DNA of 64,000 bases from Paraspadella gotoi (taxonomy: Eukaryota; Animalia; Chaetognatha). The notes beneath the pieces were generated by a model, which saw only the letters and a program-made list of their open reading frames with translations, did not search any database and was not told where the DNA came from. Location of the stretch: assembly GCA_051294375.1 (NCBI GenBank), contig CM119270.1, positions 20,730,417 to 20,794,416 on the forward strand, in the 5' to 3' direction. Below are positions 47,671 through 59,947 of the stretch, in pieces. The position numbers and the translations under genes were made by a program. Position 1 is the first letter of the stretch. Each line of letters begins with the position of its first letter.

Positions 47671-50600
47671 ATGGGGAAAGTGACTTTCAAACAGGCGGCT
47701 CATGGTATGCGTCTTTTGGCTGAACTCAACCAACCAATGTTGAGAAAGGAGAAAGAAGAAGATGACGACGACGATGTCTACGAAACTGGAAGATCCTTTT
47801 GAGAAAGGAGAACAGAAATGCGCCATGAGCATGATGTTCAATTTGATATGGTAAGTTGGCGAATTAGATATGGATTATTTTATATTGGCTTTAGCATCAT
47901 AATCAGCATTTTAATGTCAGTGCGGAGTTCGATATAATATTAACAGATCTACAATTGAAACAGCTCATGAAACATTTAGTAAGTTTGGTAATTAACAAGA
48001 ATCTTACAAAAATGAAAATCTTTTTTGATACATTCAATTACAAGTTTTTCAAAAGTTTATTTTAATTTTTAGTGCTTCAATTATTTTTTTTAAATATTCC
48101 CATGAACAGCTAATAATAACAACTACTTGCTCAGGTTCATGGGTCNNNNNNNNNNNNNNNNNNNNNNNNNNNNNNNNNNNNNNNNNNNNNNNNNNNNNNN
48201 NNNNNNNNNNNNNNNNNNNNNNNNNNNNNNNNNNNNNNNNNNNNNNNNNNNNNNNNNNNNNNNNNNNNNNNNNNNNNNNNNNNNNNNNNNNNNNNNNNNN
48301 NNNNNNNNNNNNNNNNNNNNNNNNNNNNNNNNNNNNNNNNNNNNNNNNNNNNNNNNNNNNNNNNNNNNNNNNNNNNNNNNNNNNNNNNNNNNNNNNNNNN
48401 NNNNNNNNNNNNNNNNNNNNNNNNNNNNNNNNNNNNNNNNNNNNNNNNNNNNNNNNNNNNNNNNNNNNNNNNNNNNNNNNNNNNNNNNNNNNNNNNNNNN
48501 NNNNNNNNNNNNNNNNNNNNNNNNNNNNNNNNNNNNNNNNNNNNNNNNNNNNNNNNNNNNNNNNNNNNNNNNNNNNNNNNNNNNNNNNNNNNNNNNNNNN
48601 NNNNNNNNNNNNNNNNNNNNNNNNNNNNNNNNNNNNNNNNNNNNNNNNNNNNNNNNNNNNNNNNNNNNNNNNNNNNNNNNNNNNNNNNNNNNNNNNNNNN
48701 NNNNNNNNNNNNNNNNNNNNNNNNNNNNNNNNNNNNNNNNNNNNNNNNNNNNNNNNNNNNNNNNNNNNNNNNNNNNNNNNNNNNNNNNNNNNNNNNNNNN
48801 NNNNNNNNNNNNNNNNNNNNNNNNNNNNNNNNNNNNNNNNNNNNNNNNNNNNNNNNNNNNNNNNNNNNNNNNNNNNNNNNNNNNNNNNNNNNNNNNNNNN
48901 NNNNNNNNNNNNNNNNNNNNNNNNNNNNNNNNNNNNNNNNNNNNNNNNNNNNNNNNNNNNNNNNNNNNNNNNNNNNNNNNNNNNNNNNNNNNNNNNNNNN
49001 NNNNNNNNNNNNNNNNNNNNNNNNNNNNNNNNNNNNNNNNNNNNNNNNNNNNNNNNNNNNNTTTCTGGACTACTTCATCTACGAATGGACGAATGGAATG
49101 ACGAAGATGATGAAAGGACAGATGGAGATGTCATCAAAGACACTGTACAATTAAAAGCAAAGGGAATCACGAGAGTCTCTGACAGCAATGGTGATTCGGT
49201 TTCAGAAATAAGTGACTTAAACACATTTAATAAAGTTCTAACTTGTAGCTACTGTATAGTTTACGTATAAAAAAGAATATAATCGAATAAGACACTTCTG
49301 ACGTTCAGACACATACATCCAAGAAATAGAAAACCTTGAAGACTTGGAAGATCAAACTCTTAAAGTGAAGTCAAAATGTATGAAGGAAAGATTCGAGTTT
49401 ATTAAGAAACTCCCGCTCAAAATCTGTCTCTGGATCGCTTGGTAAAACTGAAATTAGAAATAAAATATGTATAATCGTGAAAGTATTAATAAGAAACAAT
49501 ATCACTTTTCATTACAGCTTTCCAGTGCAAAAAGCTTATTGCTTTGTAATTTTGATCGTACTGTGGCTATCGGTTTTACGCTGTTTCTTCAACTACCAAG
49601 TGGGGAAGCAAGGAATAATTTTTGTTATTGACAAAATTATCAGAAACACTTGGTTTCTCATGGCCGCGTCTTCCTCCACCATTATGTTTAGAGCTGGTGA
49701 GTTTATTTTAATTCAGTATTATTATTATTAAGACTCATTATATTTATAAATTTATGATCTCATTATTGTCTTCAGTTTGATAATTATGTAAAACTGAATA
49801 CAAATAAAAGTATGTAGTAGTTCAAGTGACGATGACAACAACGACCACAATAATAATAATTTTAAAAATAGTAAGTCCTGTCACCACATTAAACAACCAA
49901 TATTTTTCTGTCACCGATTTTCACCGATTTTTCACAGGCCACAGCCGTAAAAAACTGCGCAAGTTTTTCCAGACTTGGTTGCGCTATTCCGAGACTCACC
50001 AGATGAAAGAAATCGAAGCGGCAGTGAAGTTCACAACTTGGTTGAGCGTCATTGGCGTCTCTCTGGGGGTCTCACTTTGTATGGGGTGGACAATCGTGAG
50101 TATTTGAAAAAAAATGAGACAAAACAAAACGAAAACATATTAGAAATCAGAAATCAGATAGCAAGAGAGAAACATGAACTTGTACAGTATATAAACAAGG
50201 ATCGGTTATTCCAAGGTGTTGCGCCGCATTACTTTTCTTTTTACTTGTAAGATTTCTTCAAAAACAAAAGGCAGGCCCAGTAGTCACTTAGATTTGATTT
50301 TTAACAAATGATCAACAAACTATAGGCAAGTTATAAGTGTTTTTAACGTAAGTAGGACAGACCGACAGACAGACATGCCGACGGACCGACCGACGGACCG
50401 ACGTCATCACGTGGACAGAGAGTGAATTGATTTAATAAATAAATATAATTTGAAAATCGAGAAGACAGTGCAAGCACAATTAAATTTTCTTTTTTTCTTT
50501 TTTTTTCCAGATTCCAATTTATTTCTTGAGCGACGTCGTGGACGGCAGCCCAGATCTTCAAAGCCTTGGAGCTGAGTAAGTTATGATTTAAGTTTAGCTT

Positions 50601-52974
50601 TAAATTTAAAAATTAAAAAAAATAATCATTGATTGATCAGTTTTGGTCGACAGTTTTTCTGTCTCTGTCTTAGGATGTCATTAGCTTATTAATTAATACC
50701 ATTACATTTTTTGCAAAAAAAAAATAAGAAATTTAACTCAAAACTGTTTCTTTAGTAATTCTTAGTTAACTAACTAATCACTAATTAATTACTAATTAAT
50801 TGAATACTTTTTGACTCAAAACCGTATTTATTTTTTCTAGTGGATGCATGGAACCTTTCATGACTTGGAAACTCAATCGTACTGAATCTCTGAACGAAAC
50901 GAAGCAACAAACTTTCACGGATTTTATAAAGGTGTAGCCGAAATTTAAAGATAAGAAATTTTAAGATTACTGTATTATATTAAATTAAAGTAAATTTAAA
51001 AAGAACCTTAGGATTGAAACATTCTTTGAAGTATTATACCACTTCATTGATAAGGAAGCTTGAAAGCTAGCAGAGACCCGCTATTATCTTGTAATAGTGA
51101 TGGGGGCCTTAAACCACCAAAGCCTGTCTAAAGTCAGTGGCAAGATAGCTTATTTATTAAATTAATGGATGATTTTATATTGCTTGCACAAACATTTTTT
51201 ATACATGAAATTAAATTAAGTTATTATTTAATAATGTAATGGGCAAAGGAATGTCAGTGTTGTCGAGGGAGCATCTATACAGCACAAAGTTTAAAATTAC
51301 ATTCTGACTTATTTTTATAATAAGATATCAACCATCATTCTTATTAGGAAGTCATTTATGTAATATTAGCAAGTCATATATGTAATGCTTTTAGTTATAG
51401 TTAAGTTTAGTTATAGTCTTTTCATACAATTGAAACATTCTTTGAAATATTTTCCACTTCATTGATAGGGAAGCCAGGTACTCTGGGAGTGAATAAACAA
51501 GACTGTGAGAGAGTCTTGATTGAAAGCTTGCAGGGACCTGCTATGTCATTATCTTGTAAGAGTGATGGAGGCCTTAAACCACCAAAGCCTGTCCAAAGTC
51601 AGAGGCAAGATAGCTTATTTATTAAATGAATGGATAATTTTTATATTGGTTGTACCAATTTCATGATATTCTCGGCCTAAATAAGGACAACCCAGCCATC
51701 GCGGTTCCATCCTACCTGACCTTCATGTACGGTTGCTTCGCTTGGCTCATGACTCCCGTATTTTTCTATCTCATTTGCTACATTCTGGATCACGAGTTGA
51801 CCACTTTGAAGGCAAGTTTACATGCAAACACTAGTAGATATTGGACCTTAAAATATATTTTGCTACAAGTAAACCTAACCTGAAAAAAACAAAACTGAAA
51901 TAATTAAACATTGTGAATTTAACACAAGCTTCAGTCTGTAATGAAACTAATATTATGGTGGTTTATTATCATAGTTAATTCGTAGTAAACTAGGCTAACT
52001 GTAAATTCGATTGTAAAACATGGTTCATAAACTATACTATATACAAATATATATATATATATATATACATGATTTTTTTCAGACCCAATACGACGAGAAC
52101 ATTCTTTCCCCTTCCAACATTCGTGGAGCCAAGATTCTCCGACTCTTTGAATCTTACCGCGCACGACACGCTGGACTCTGCGATCTCATTGCCATCGTTG
52201 ATGACATCTTCTCTTCCTTCATCTTCATCTCAACCACCTGCAATCTCATCGTTGCCTGCTGCGTCAGCTACAGGATCATTAAAACTATCTCGGTCAGTTG
52301 AGTGTGTGTTACAATGTTATATGAGCAATATTTAGTTGGTTAGAGTATTGATCTGCTCAGAAAAAGTAAGTTTATTTACAGCTGTTGATCAAATTACCAA
52401 AAAAGGGATAAATGGTAGTAAAACATTAAAGTTATACGTAGTTGGCAAAAAAATAAGTAATAAGGTGATAATAATGTATTCAGTAACCAGTTAATAAAAC
52501 TGCCTGACAAACAGTGCCGCCGGTCGTCCTGTTAACAGGACCTGCCCCAGCCTGCTCTGTTCTCAGTCATTGTAATAGCCAGTAATGCCTTACAATATAC
52601 TACCACAAATCCCTTTTAAAAAAGCTTTAACTCACAATACTGTTAAAAGAGATAAATGGAATCATTGATGTCTCATGTTTCAGAACGCCTGCGCAATGAC
52701 TCTGATGGCTCCATGCGCTTGGCTTATCATGACATTCTCTCACCTTACGATCCTCTGCGTCGGCAGCGGGAAAGTTAATGACTCAGCCCACGCGTTGATG
52801 GACAGTGTTTACCTTACCTCATTCAAAAAAGGAGGCAGTGGAGAGCTCATGCACAAGGTAAGTTGAATTATTTGTCTTTGTCTTTGTCTTTGTTTTTGCT
52901 TTGTTTTTGTCTTTGCTTTGTCTCTTGGACAAGATGAATTGACTTCAAATTTTACTCACTTGGTTTAAAAACCT

Positions 52975-53028
<54 letters not shown>

Positions 53029-53444
53029 CTCTCTTTAGTCTTTTTTCCAATTCAGCTATAACTAAAAGAAAGAAAATGCTGATTTATATTTTTTATAAAA
53101 TTTGTCTAAATAAGCATATTCCTCGTATATAAATACAATTCTTTCTCAAGATCAACGTCTTCCTTCACAAACTTCATGGACCTTCGATCGGATTCACAGC
53201 TTGGAATCTCTACGTAGTCGATCGCAGTTCAATGCTGACGGTGAGGATACATTAGATTACTTTAATAATGTTTTTAACCAAACTTTTATCCAGTGTTAAA
53301 TGCCTATCATATCAAGGTCGTAGTATTAGCCATATTTAAATTTATATTTTTTTTCTTCAAATTTCCCGCCATTTCCGTTTTCAGGTTGCCTCAACGTTTT
53401 TGGCTTACTTGGTTGTTCTTCTCACGTTTCCAACTTCCCTGTGA
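47671..53444 (+). CDS. Gustatory-receptor-like (GRL / 7TM ion channel) protein A, ~535 aa
   Basis: 12 exons: 47671-47850 (one apparent frameshift near 47780), 48135-49190 (split by the N gap), 49309-49441, 49518-49696, 49938-50095, 50511-50575, 50841-50931, 51686-51811 (GC donor), 52083-52292, 52684-52857, 53151-53240, 53385-53444. Motifs: YRARHAGLCDLIAIVDDIFS, KVNDSAH, FLHKLHGPSIGFTAWNLYVVDRSSMLTVASTFLAYLVVLLTF. The terminal phase-0 introns are typical of GR/GRL genes. Confidence 0.88.
51013..51648. repeat. Diverged ~170-220-bp direct repeat pair in GRL-A intron 7
   Basis: ttgaaacattctttgaa...ggccttaaaccaccaaagcctgtc...ggcaagatagcttatttattaaat at 51013-51182 and 51431-51648. Confidence 0.8.
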
Positions 53445-53796
53445 AAATATCCTTCATCACAAAAACGGTTTTTCAAGAAGAAAATAACAAAATTGTCACA
53501 AAAATTCGTATAGATCTCGTTTTTTCTCAAATAAACTTACCATGCTGCACGTTTGGTTTGGTTTCATCCTTTACAAAAAAATGAGTTGACAAATGTAAGC
53601 TATTTTCAAATTTAGAATAAAAACTTTGAATTTTACGATATGGAAAAAAAATATAATTATCAATACTATTCAGTGATTTTCAATTTAGCGATGTTATTAC
53701 AATTCTACATATTATTCCAAATCGCTGATGAATATGTTGGTTTTTTTTTTCTAGAAAAAAAAAACATTCTTAAGAATTTATCAGGGTGAAAATAAA

Positions 53797-56502
53797 TTAA
53801 GCAATCGCCAAAAGCCACAAAATGAAAATAATTATATAGATTATTATCATAGTGAGATCAAATGTCTGGTCTCTGGATTCTTTCACGTAGGATATAAACT
53901 TTTTCAGCATCACCGACACGTTTCCAATCGTCTGGTGAAAGATCTGATGCGTCAAAGATTTTTTCCAAAGTTTAGTTCCGTACATGTCCATTGCCTCTCT
54001 ACATTTTAGTGGGATGACGCTCATGGGTAACAAGGCCTTATAACCTTTCCAATGTAGGTAATGTTCTTCTCTAAATTTGTTGTTCAGTTTTTTGATTTCT
54101 GACCTCAAACCATTGTATTTTCCATATACTCTGGGTACGATTAAAGTCTCGTCCGTGATTGCTTCAAATTTGGCCAAAGGAGTTTCCAAAAACACATAGA
54201 GCAAGAAAAATATGGACAATGTATAGAATATACAAATTGTCTGCATAATCCAATTTTTTTGGCTTTTGAAAGCGAACTTAAAATTTATAAATAGAACTGC
54301 TATAAATGGCATACATGAAAATAAACATAATACAACGCCACATTCATTGTAAAATATATAAGAAAATAGCCTATTATGAGTGTCCAACCAAATTGTAGTT
54401 GATTCGTTAATCATCAAATAAGCTTTATTTATATTACAAATATTCGATATGTGGGTTTTAAATTTTTTTTGAAAAGATGCATCATTGGTTTTTGCACTAA
54501 GTACTAATAAGGTTGAAAATAAAAGAGTAGTTATTTTACAAATTAGGCAATAACTTGTTGTCATTGAATAATTTCTCCTCTTTATTTTTTCCAAACCTAA
54601 TTTATATAAAAATATTGAAGTTACTATGGTAATCAAAATGGGTAGATATAGAAAATTTTTTGTTACTTCATATGGAAACCCCTTACATGAGTCCAACTCT
54701 TCTTGAATTGTTTGTATTTCAATACACTGCAGCGGAGAAAGTTTTTTTCTTACTCTATACCTTTTACCATCAAATAGAAGCTGACAGTTTAGATATTTAT
54801 AATCGGTAAAATACTTAGTATCCCCTAAAAAGTTTCTCGCTTTCTCGATGATAATCTCATGGGTAAAGGTCGCATAAAAATTTGTTGCAACCATTAAAAG
54901 TGGTGAACATGTAATCATAGTTAAAACGATATTTTTTACTTCAGCCTTATGAAATCGATAAATGACATTTATGTGGTAGAATAAACCGATAAACACGTCT
55001 ACAAATACTATCAAGAGAATCGTAGAAAATTTGGGGTTTATAAGTTGGTTATTACCCAAATGCAAAACAAGATCAGGTTTTGTGACCTTCGTCGATTCTA
55101 CGTTCATGAGATCAAATGGAAAGTCTTTGGGCGGATTGCAGTTTTCATCTATCGTCGAATAAAAACTATAAAATGAAACGTTGTTCCATTTATTCTCTTT
55201 GATAATTCCCTCAGTCTGAAAGCAATTAGCATTGTTCTTATTCGTAATCTTGTTCCAGACTCCGCTATACAGCAGAAGTCTGGGCGAGACATCATATCGC
55301 AAACGGGCAAAACCCCAAGGAATGGTTGCCCGAGAAATAGAAGCTGCGAGTCTGTATCTCCAAGTAAAATCTTCAGCCATATAGTTGGTTAGAAAATAGT
55401 TGCTAATGACTATATGCTTTTCCAAGTAGAGGTCCAGCGATAGCCACATAATGATCCAGAAAGGGGTAAGCAAATGTTGAAGAAAACCGACATTTTTCAC
55501 TTTACGTTTTTGATGAAACACGTTTAAAAATTCTGAGGGCGTGAAAACTCTAAATATTATCAGCGGCAAAACCAAGAGTAAACAAATGGAATTTTGAATG
55601 GCTTTCACAAAGAGAACATACATTGAAACGCTCAGGCCGAGCGTTCCCTGAATAATTGCCCCAATTTCAAAGAGTTTACAAAAAACTGGATTCATGTTTC
55701 CTTGAAAATTGTGAATGGTTGATCTGTGTATTGCAGCAGCTCTAGCTATGCTGACGGTGGACAGAGCGATTGATATGAGGGGAACATAGTCCTTGACTCT
55801 CCACCCGCAGGAAATTTCGTGGTCCATCTCAAAATCCGAGGATGTGTCGCTACACCGACACGTTTCGTTCATGATTGCCATCGTTCCGTCATCTCGAATT
55901 GTCGCCAATCGTCCACGCCCTTCGCGTAAGTTGCCGGGAATTCCCGGCATCACGGAGAAAACCCCGTTCTTTGGATGATATATCATCGTAAATGTTCGGA
56001 CATCATGAAGCAAAGAAGGAGAGAGACAGAACTCGTCCGTCCCACTCGTTTGGGTAAACATCATCGCCCCAGTTTGCACCATGAGTTGGGGCAAAGACTC
56101 TGCCAGAACGTGGATCAGATTAAGATGAAATTCTGACGAGATTTTCATGTCCAAAACCGAGTCCTCTTGGAGATCAGCGTCGGTTCTAACTTGATCTAGA
56201 TAGAGATCGATCGAAAGTGGGATGGACCCCAAACCGACCAGATGCAAAGCGACAACGAGGCATCGACAAATGGGCCTTTGCCAGAGTCTTGAGTAAGCGG
56301 TGCTATGATCGATGCAAAGCTTGATTCCATTGAAGCTTGACAAGAGAATGTGGGCAAGAAGGATGACCAATAGTGTTTGGCCGATGCCTCGAAAAAAGTA
56401 ATGGTTGTTGCTCAAGTAAGTGATGGCTGCATGAAGATCTGAAGCTACGTCAAGAACGTTGAGAAAAATGCCGACGAACAAAACCAAGAGATGTAACTTC
56501 AT
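53797..56502 (-). CDS. Intronless 901-aa divergent XK-related (XKR-like) multi-pass membrane protein
   Basis: Uninterrupted ORF. XK-family hallmarks appear in order: LDVASDLHAAITY (DvxxD..Y), ALHLVGLGSI (HllxlG), LIHVLAESLPQLMVQ (ESxPQLxxQ), ISIALSTVSIARA. Many further hydrophobic helices follow to the C terminus. Confidence 0.85.
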   Translation of the reverse strand: MKLHLLVLFVGIFLNVLDVASDLHAAITYLSNNHYFFRGIGQTLLVILLAHILLSSFNGIKLCIDHSTAYSRLWQRPICRCLVVALHLVGLGSIPLSIDLYLDQVRTDADLQEDSVLDMKISSEFHLNLIHVLAESLPQLMVQTGAMMFTQTSGTDEFCLSPSLLHDVRTFTMIYHPKNGVFSVMPGIPGNLREGRGRLATIRDDGTMAIMNETCRCSDTSSDFEMDHEISCGWRVKDYVPLISIALSTVSIARAAAIHRSTIHNFQGNMNPVFCKLFEIGAIIQGTLGLSVSMYVLFVKAIQNSICLLLVLPLIIFRVFTPSEFLNVFHQKRKVKNVGFLQHLLTPFWIIMWLSLDLYLEKHIVISNYFLTNYMAEDFTWRYRLAASISRATIPWGFARLRYDVSPRLLLYSGVWNKITNKNNANCFQTEGIIKENKWNNVSFYSFYSTIDENCNPPKDFPFDLMNVESTKVTKPDLVLHLGNNQLINPKFSTILLIVFVDVFIGLFYHINVIYRFHKAEVKNIVLTMITCSPLLMVATNFYATFTHEIIIEKARNFLGDTKYFTDYKYLNCQLLFDGKRYRVRKKLSPLQCIEIQTIQEELDSCKGFPYEVTKNFLYLPILITIVTSIFLYKLGLEKIKRRNYSMTTSYCLICKITTLLFSTLLVLSAKTNDASFQKKFKTHISNICNINKAYLMINESTTIWLDTHNRLFSYIFYNECGVVLCLFSCMPFIAVLFINFKFAFKSQKNWIMQTICIFYTLSIFFLLYVFLETPLAKFEAITDETLIVPRVYGKYNGLRSEIKKLNNKFREEHYLHWKGYKALLPMSVIPLKCREAMDMYGTKLWKKSLTHQIFHQTIGNVSVMLKKFISYVKESRDQTFDLTMIIIYIIIFILWLLAIA

Positions 56503-57473
56503 CTTTCTTATTTTCTCAAAGGAAAATATTTCAAGAGAGAAAAATTGCAGAGTTTATGGAAACAAAGAGATGCAAGTCATTTATGTAGCTTCTTCGATAC
56601 AATGGAGTCTCTGATAAGTGTTGTTAAAGGAATAAATGAAATTAGACTCATTTCAATATGAACTTAACTTAATCCACTTTTGCTAGGGCTAGATTTTGGT
56701 ACTACTTAAAAAGAAAATTCAATTATATAATCTAACTAAAGGCAATTTTTTTTACTTAATGGCATTCTATTTATGCTTGGGGAGGAAAGAAAATACTTTC
56801 CCGTTACTACTTAACTACTGGGACGCCATTTTAGATTCAGATAAGCATTTTTTAATCAAATTAAATTAATTATTATATGGTTTTTTTGGGGTTAGTTTAA
56901 ATGGTTTAAATGCCGCGAATGTTCCTGTATTTTTTATCAAATATTTATGAAATAAGAAAAAACCCAAAAAGTCTGAGTCTTGAAATTGAAAAATAAATTG
57001 AATATAAGAATTTTTGGTTAGCTTAAAGTTTTGTTATATTTTTCAAGATATAGAAAGTTATTTTAATTTTAAAAAAATGAAAACAAAAAAGGCAAAATTG
57101 AACTTTTTTCTTAAATTTTTCGCCAAATTCAACATTTATAAAATGAAACAAAAATAATTTATAAAAATTGAAGACTGAGTTGAAAATCGAGTCACCAAGG
57201 ACATCGAGATTCTCGAAACCAATTTTAGATTTCGAAATTGAATTTGAAAAAAAACAAAAAACCAAAAAATAATAAGGGAAGGGTTCGTTTATCAATCTCG
57301 AGGTTGATATCTTTGATTGCTAAATCTAAATCTCGTTCTTCATTGATAAAGTTTCTTCTAAATCAAAATAGATAATTTTTTATTCTAATATTTACTTTGT
57401 TTTTAGTTTTTTTTATTTTAGTTGGATAAAAACATTTACTGAATTTCGTTGTTAACTCAATAAACAGGTTTGC

Positions 57474-57510
<37 letters not shown>

Positions 57511-57629
57511 ACGACCTGCGGGAGAGAGTGAGAGAGCGAATCGGATATGAAGTAAGCAAAGTTAAGCAGGCGACTTCCAAATCTCCATAAAATCTGACAA
57601 GTTTGCCTACAATGTTTCGCAACAGGGAG

Positions 57630-57712
<83 letters not shown>

Positions 57713-59213
57713 TTAAAATCCTTTGAAAAGTTGGATCAACAAATTTTTTTTTTGTCTTTCCTCAATTTTACTTTGAGATTTATGAGTCGAATTCTAGATA
57801 AAGGACCACTTTGTCATCTTCCAGTCTTCTCCTTTTCATTCATCGACTTGTCTCCTGCCTCCAAAATGGCGTAATCAATGTCATTTTGTTATTATCTATA
57901 TCATCATCTCATCAGCCATGTCATGATCCATGTCGTTCTTCCCAGACTCAAACATTTAAAAATTTTAAAAAATTTTAACGATGACAAATTGATGGAATTT
58001 TAAATTTTTTTTTTTTCGGTGTCAAATTTTCGTGCCATCCGAGTTGAGCGAATCTTTACGTCGAAATCTTTTGCTTCGCTTCATTTGGTTTTATAACCAA
58101 AAAAAATATTAACCATGATTAATCTTTCATTTTTTTTTTGGGGGGGGGAAGGCACTTATAGATATTTGCCAATATTTTTCGAGATTTCCATATTTCTGTT
58201 GGATTATCTTATAATTTTAACATCAATATTTAATTTAAACATTTACTTAAACCTATAACCTTAAACCTTAACCTCAAACCTCTAACCTAAAAAATTAACC
58301 GAATTCCGTATTCTAGATGAAATGGGGTATTCTCGGAAGATAAGGCCGAGTTATCTTTTCCCTTTTGTACCTGCTGCTCTTTTATTGTAACAAAATCTTT
58401 ATCTCTAACTATTTTATTTCAATGTGTTTTATTTTTTTAAACAAAATATCCGTAGACAGACCGACAGACCAAAAAACATCTTATTGAGTCGCGACTAAAA
58501 AACTTTGACTCAAAATCGATCAAAACATTTTACTCTGTGGAACTCGAATAAACCGAACTACAATTACGACTCGTTCTGGAATTAATTTTCTTTCTCATCT
58601 CAAAAACTGTTTTTCTCTCTTTCTTCTTTTAAGTTTCGGCCTAACTGATTTTTTAAAGCAAAACTATTTATATTTTAATTACATTTTCATTTTCATACTT
58701 TAGCAAAAGTATCTTAGAATAAAAAGATCTTGTTCGTATTCATGGCGAGATAAATATATGGTAAAATCCTTCATTATAAAACCCTTAAAATTAGTGTCAA
58801 TTATGAAGTATTATTTATTAAGTTTGATTTTTTTTTCATTAAGCGGCCCGAATTATTATCTGAACACTTTGTAGGATCGTTTTTAACTTTACCATGAAAA
58901 AAAAATTCATTAAAAACATCAAATAAAAAAAATTAATATCGATTTCCCTCGGGTGACGGGATTAAAAAGACCCGCTAATAGTATCGTGCATCGACTCCTT
59001 CTTTGCCCCTCTCCCCCCCCCCACTTCGCTCCTGTATCGTGTCGCGGTTTTGACGTTTTAATTTCAAACTTTTTTGACGCAGTTACGTCAACAATTCAAA
59101 TAGGTTGACGTCATTGACGTCATTGACTCTTTACTTTCGATCTGTCGCGATTCTTCCATCTCGAGACACATAAACAGAAGAAATTCTATCATGAGTGCGA
59201 AAAGGATTCTCTT

Positions 59214-59265
<52 letters not shown>

Positions 59266-59395
59266 TTCTGTCTGTCTTTCTCCGTGTCTATATTAGTATT
59301 TGTCTGTTTGCTTTTCTATAATTTTGTCTGTCTTTTTTTCTTTTCTTTTTTTATTTTTGAAGTCCCTGAATGTTTTCCGTCTGAAATTCTTCCTT

Positions 59396-59429
<34 letters not shown>

Positions 59430-59947
59430 CTTCTGTTTCACTCTCGATTCTCGATTAAGACAAATCACAAACCAAAATCCAATTCCCACGAACGAGTTTG
59501 ACATCTTTAATTCTCAACTGAAGCTGCTTAACTTTTTTTAATCCTTTTCCCACTTGAGATTAATTTTGTATGTTTCAAACAAATATAATTACAGTTAAGA
59601 GAAGTCAACCTTCCGTGCTCCTTGTGATTGGGTCAGATTTCCATTTACTCCATCACGGTTCTTAATAAGGTTGCAATAAGGTACCAGCCTGGGTCGTCGA
59701 TTACTGCTGCGCGCTTACGGCCCTGGATGCCCTGCCTTGGGTAAGTCGACCCCACCAGCTGCTTCCTCTTCAAAACTTAAGTCGATTAATTTTCTTAACT
59801 ATTTGGTTTTTTTTCTGACAAATTATTTTTCAAATTTTTCAATTTTAGCATCACGAAAAATCTTGCGAACAAAATTTTCGAACGAAAGGAACAAAAATTT
59901 AAANNNNNNNNNNTCTACTGAACGGAAAAAAAAAAGAGAAGAAAAGG

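Noticed and set aside
48127-49101. Long ORFs in the track at 48127, 43219 and 16077
   Set aside because: Their length is due to N runs.
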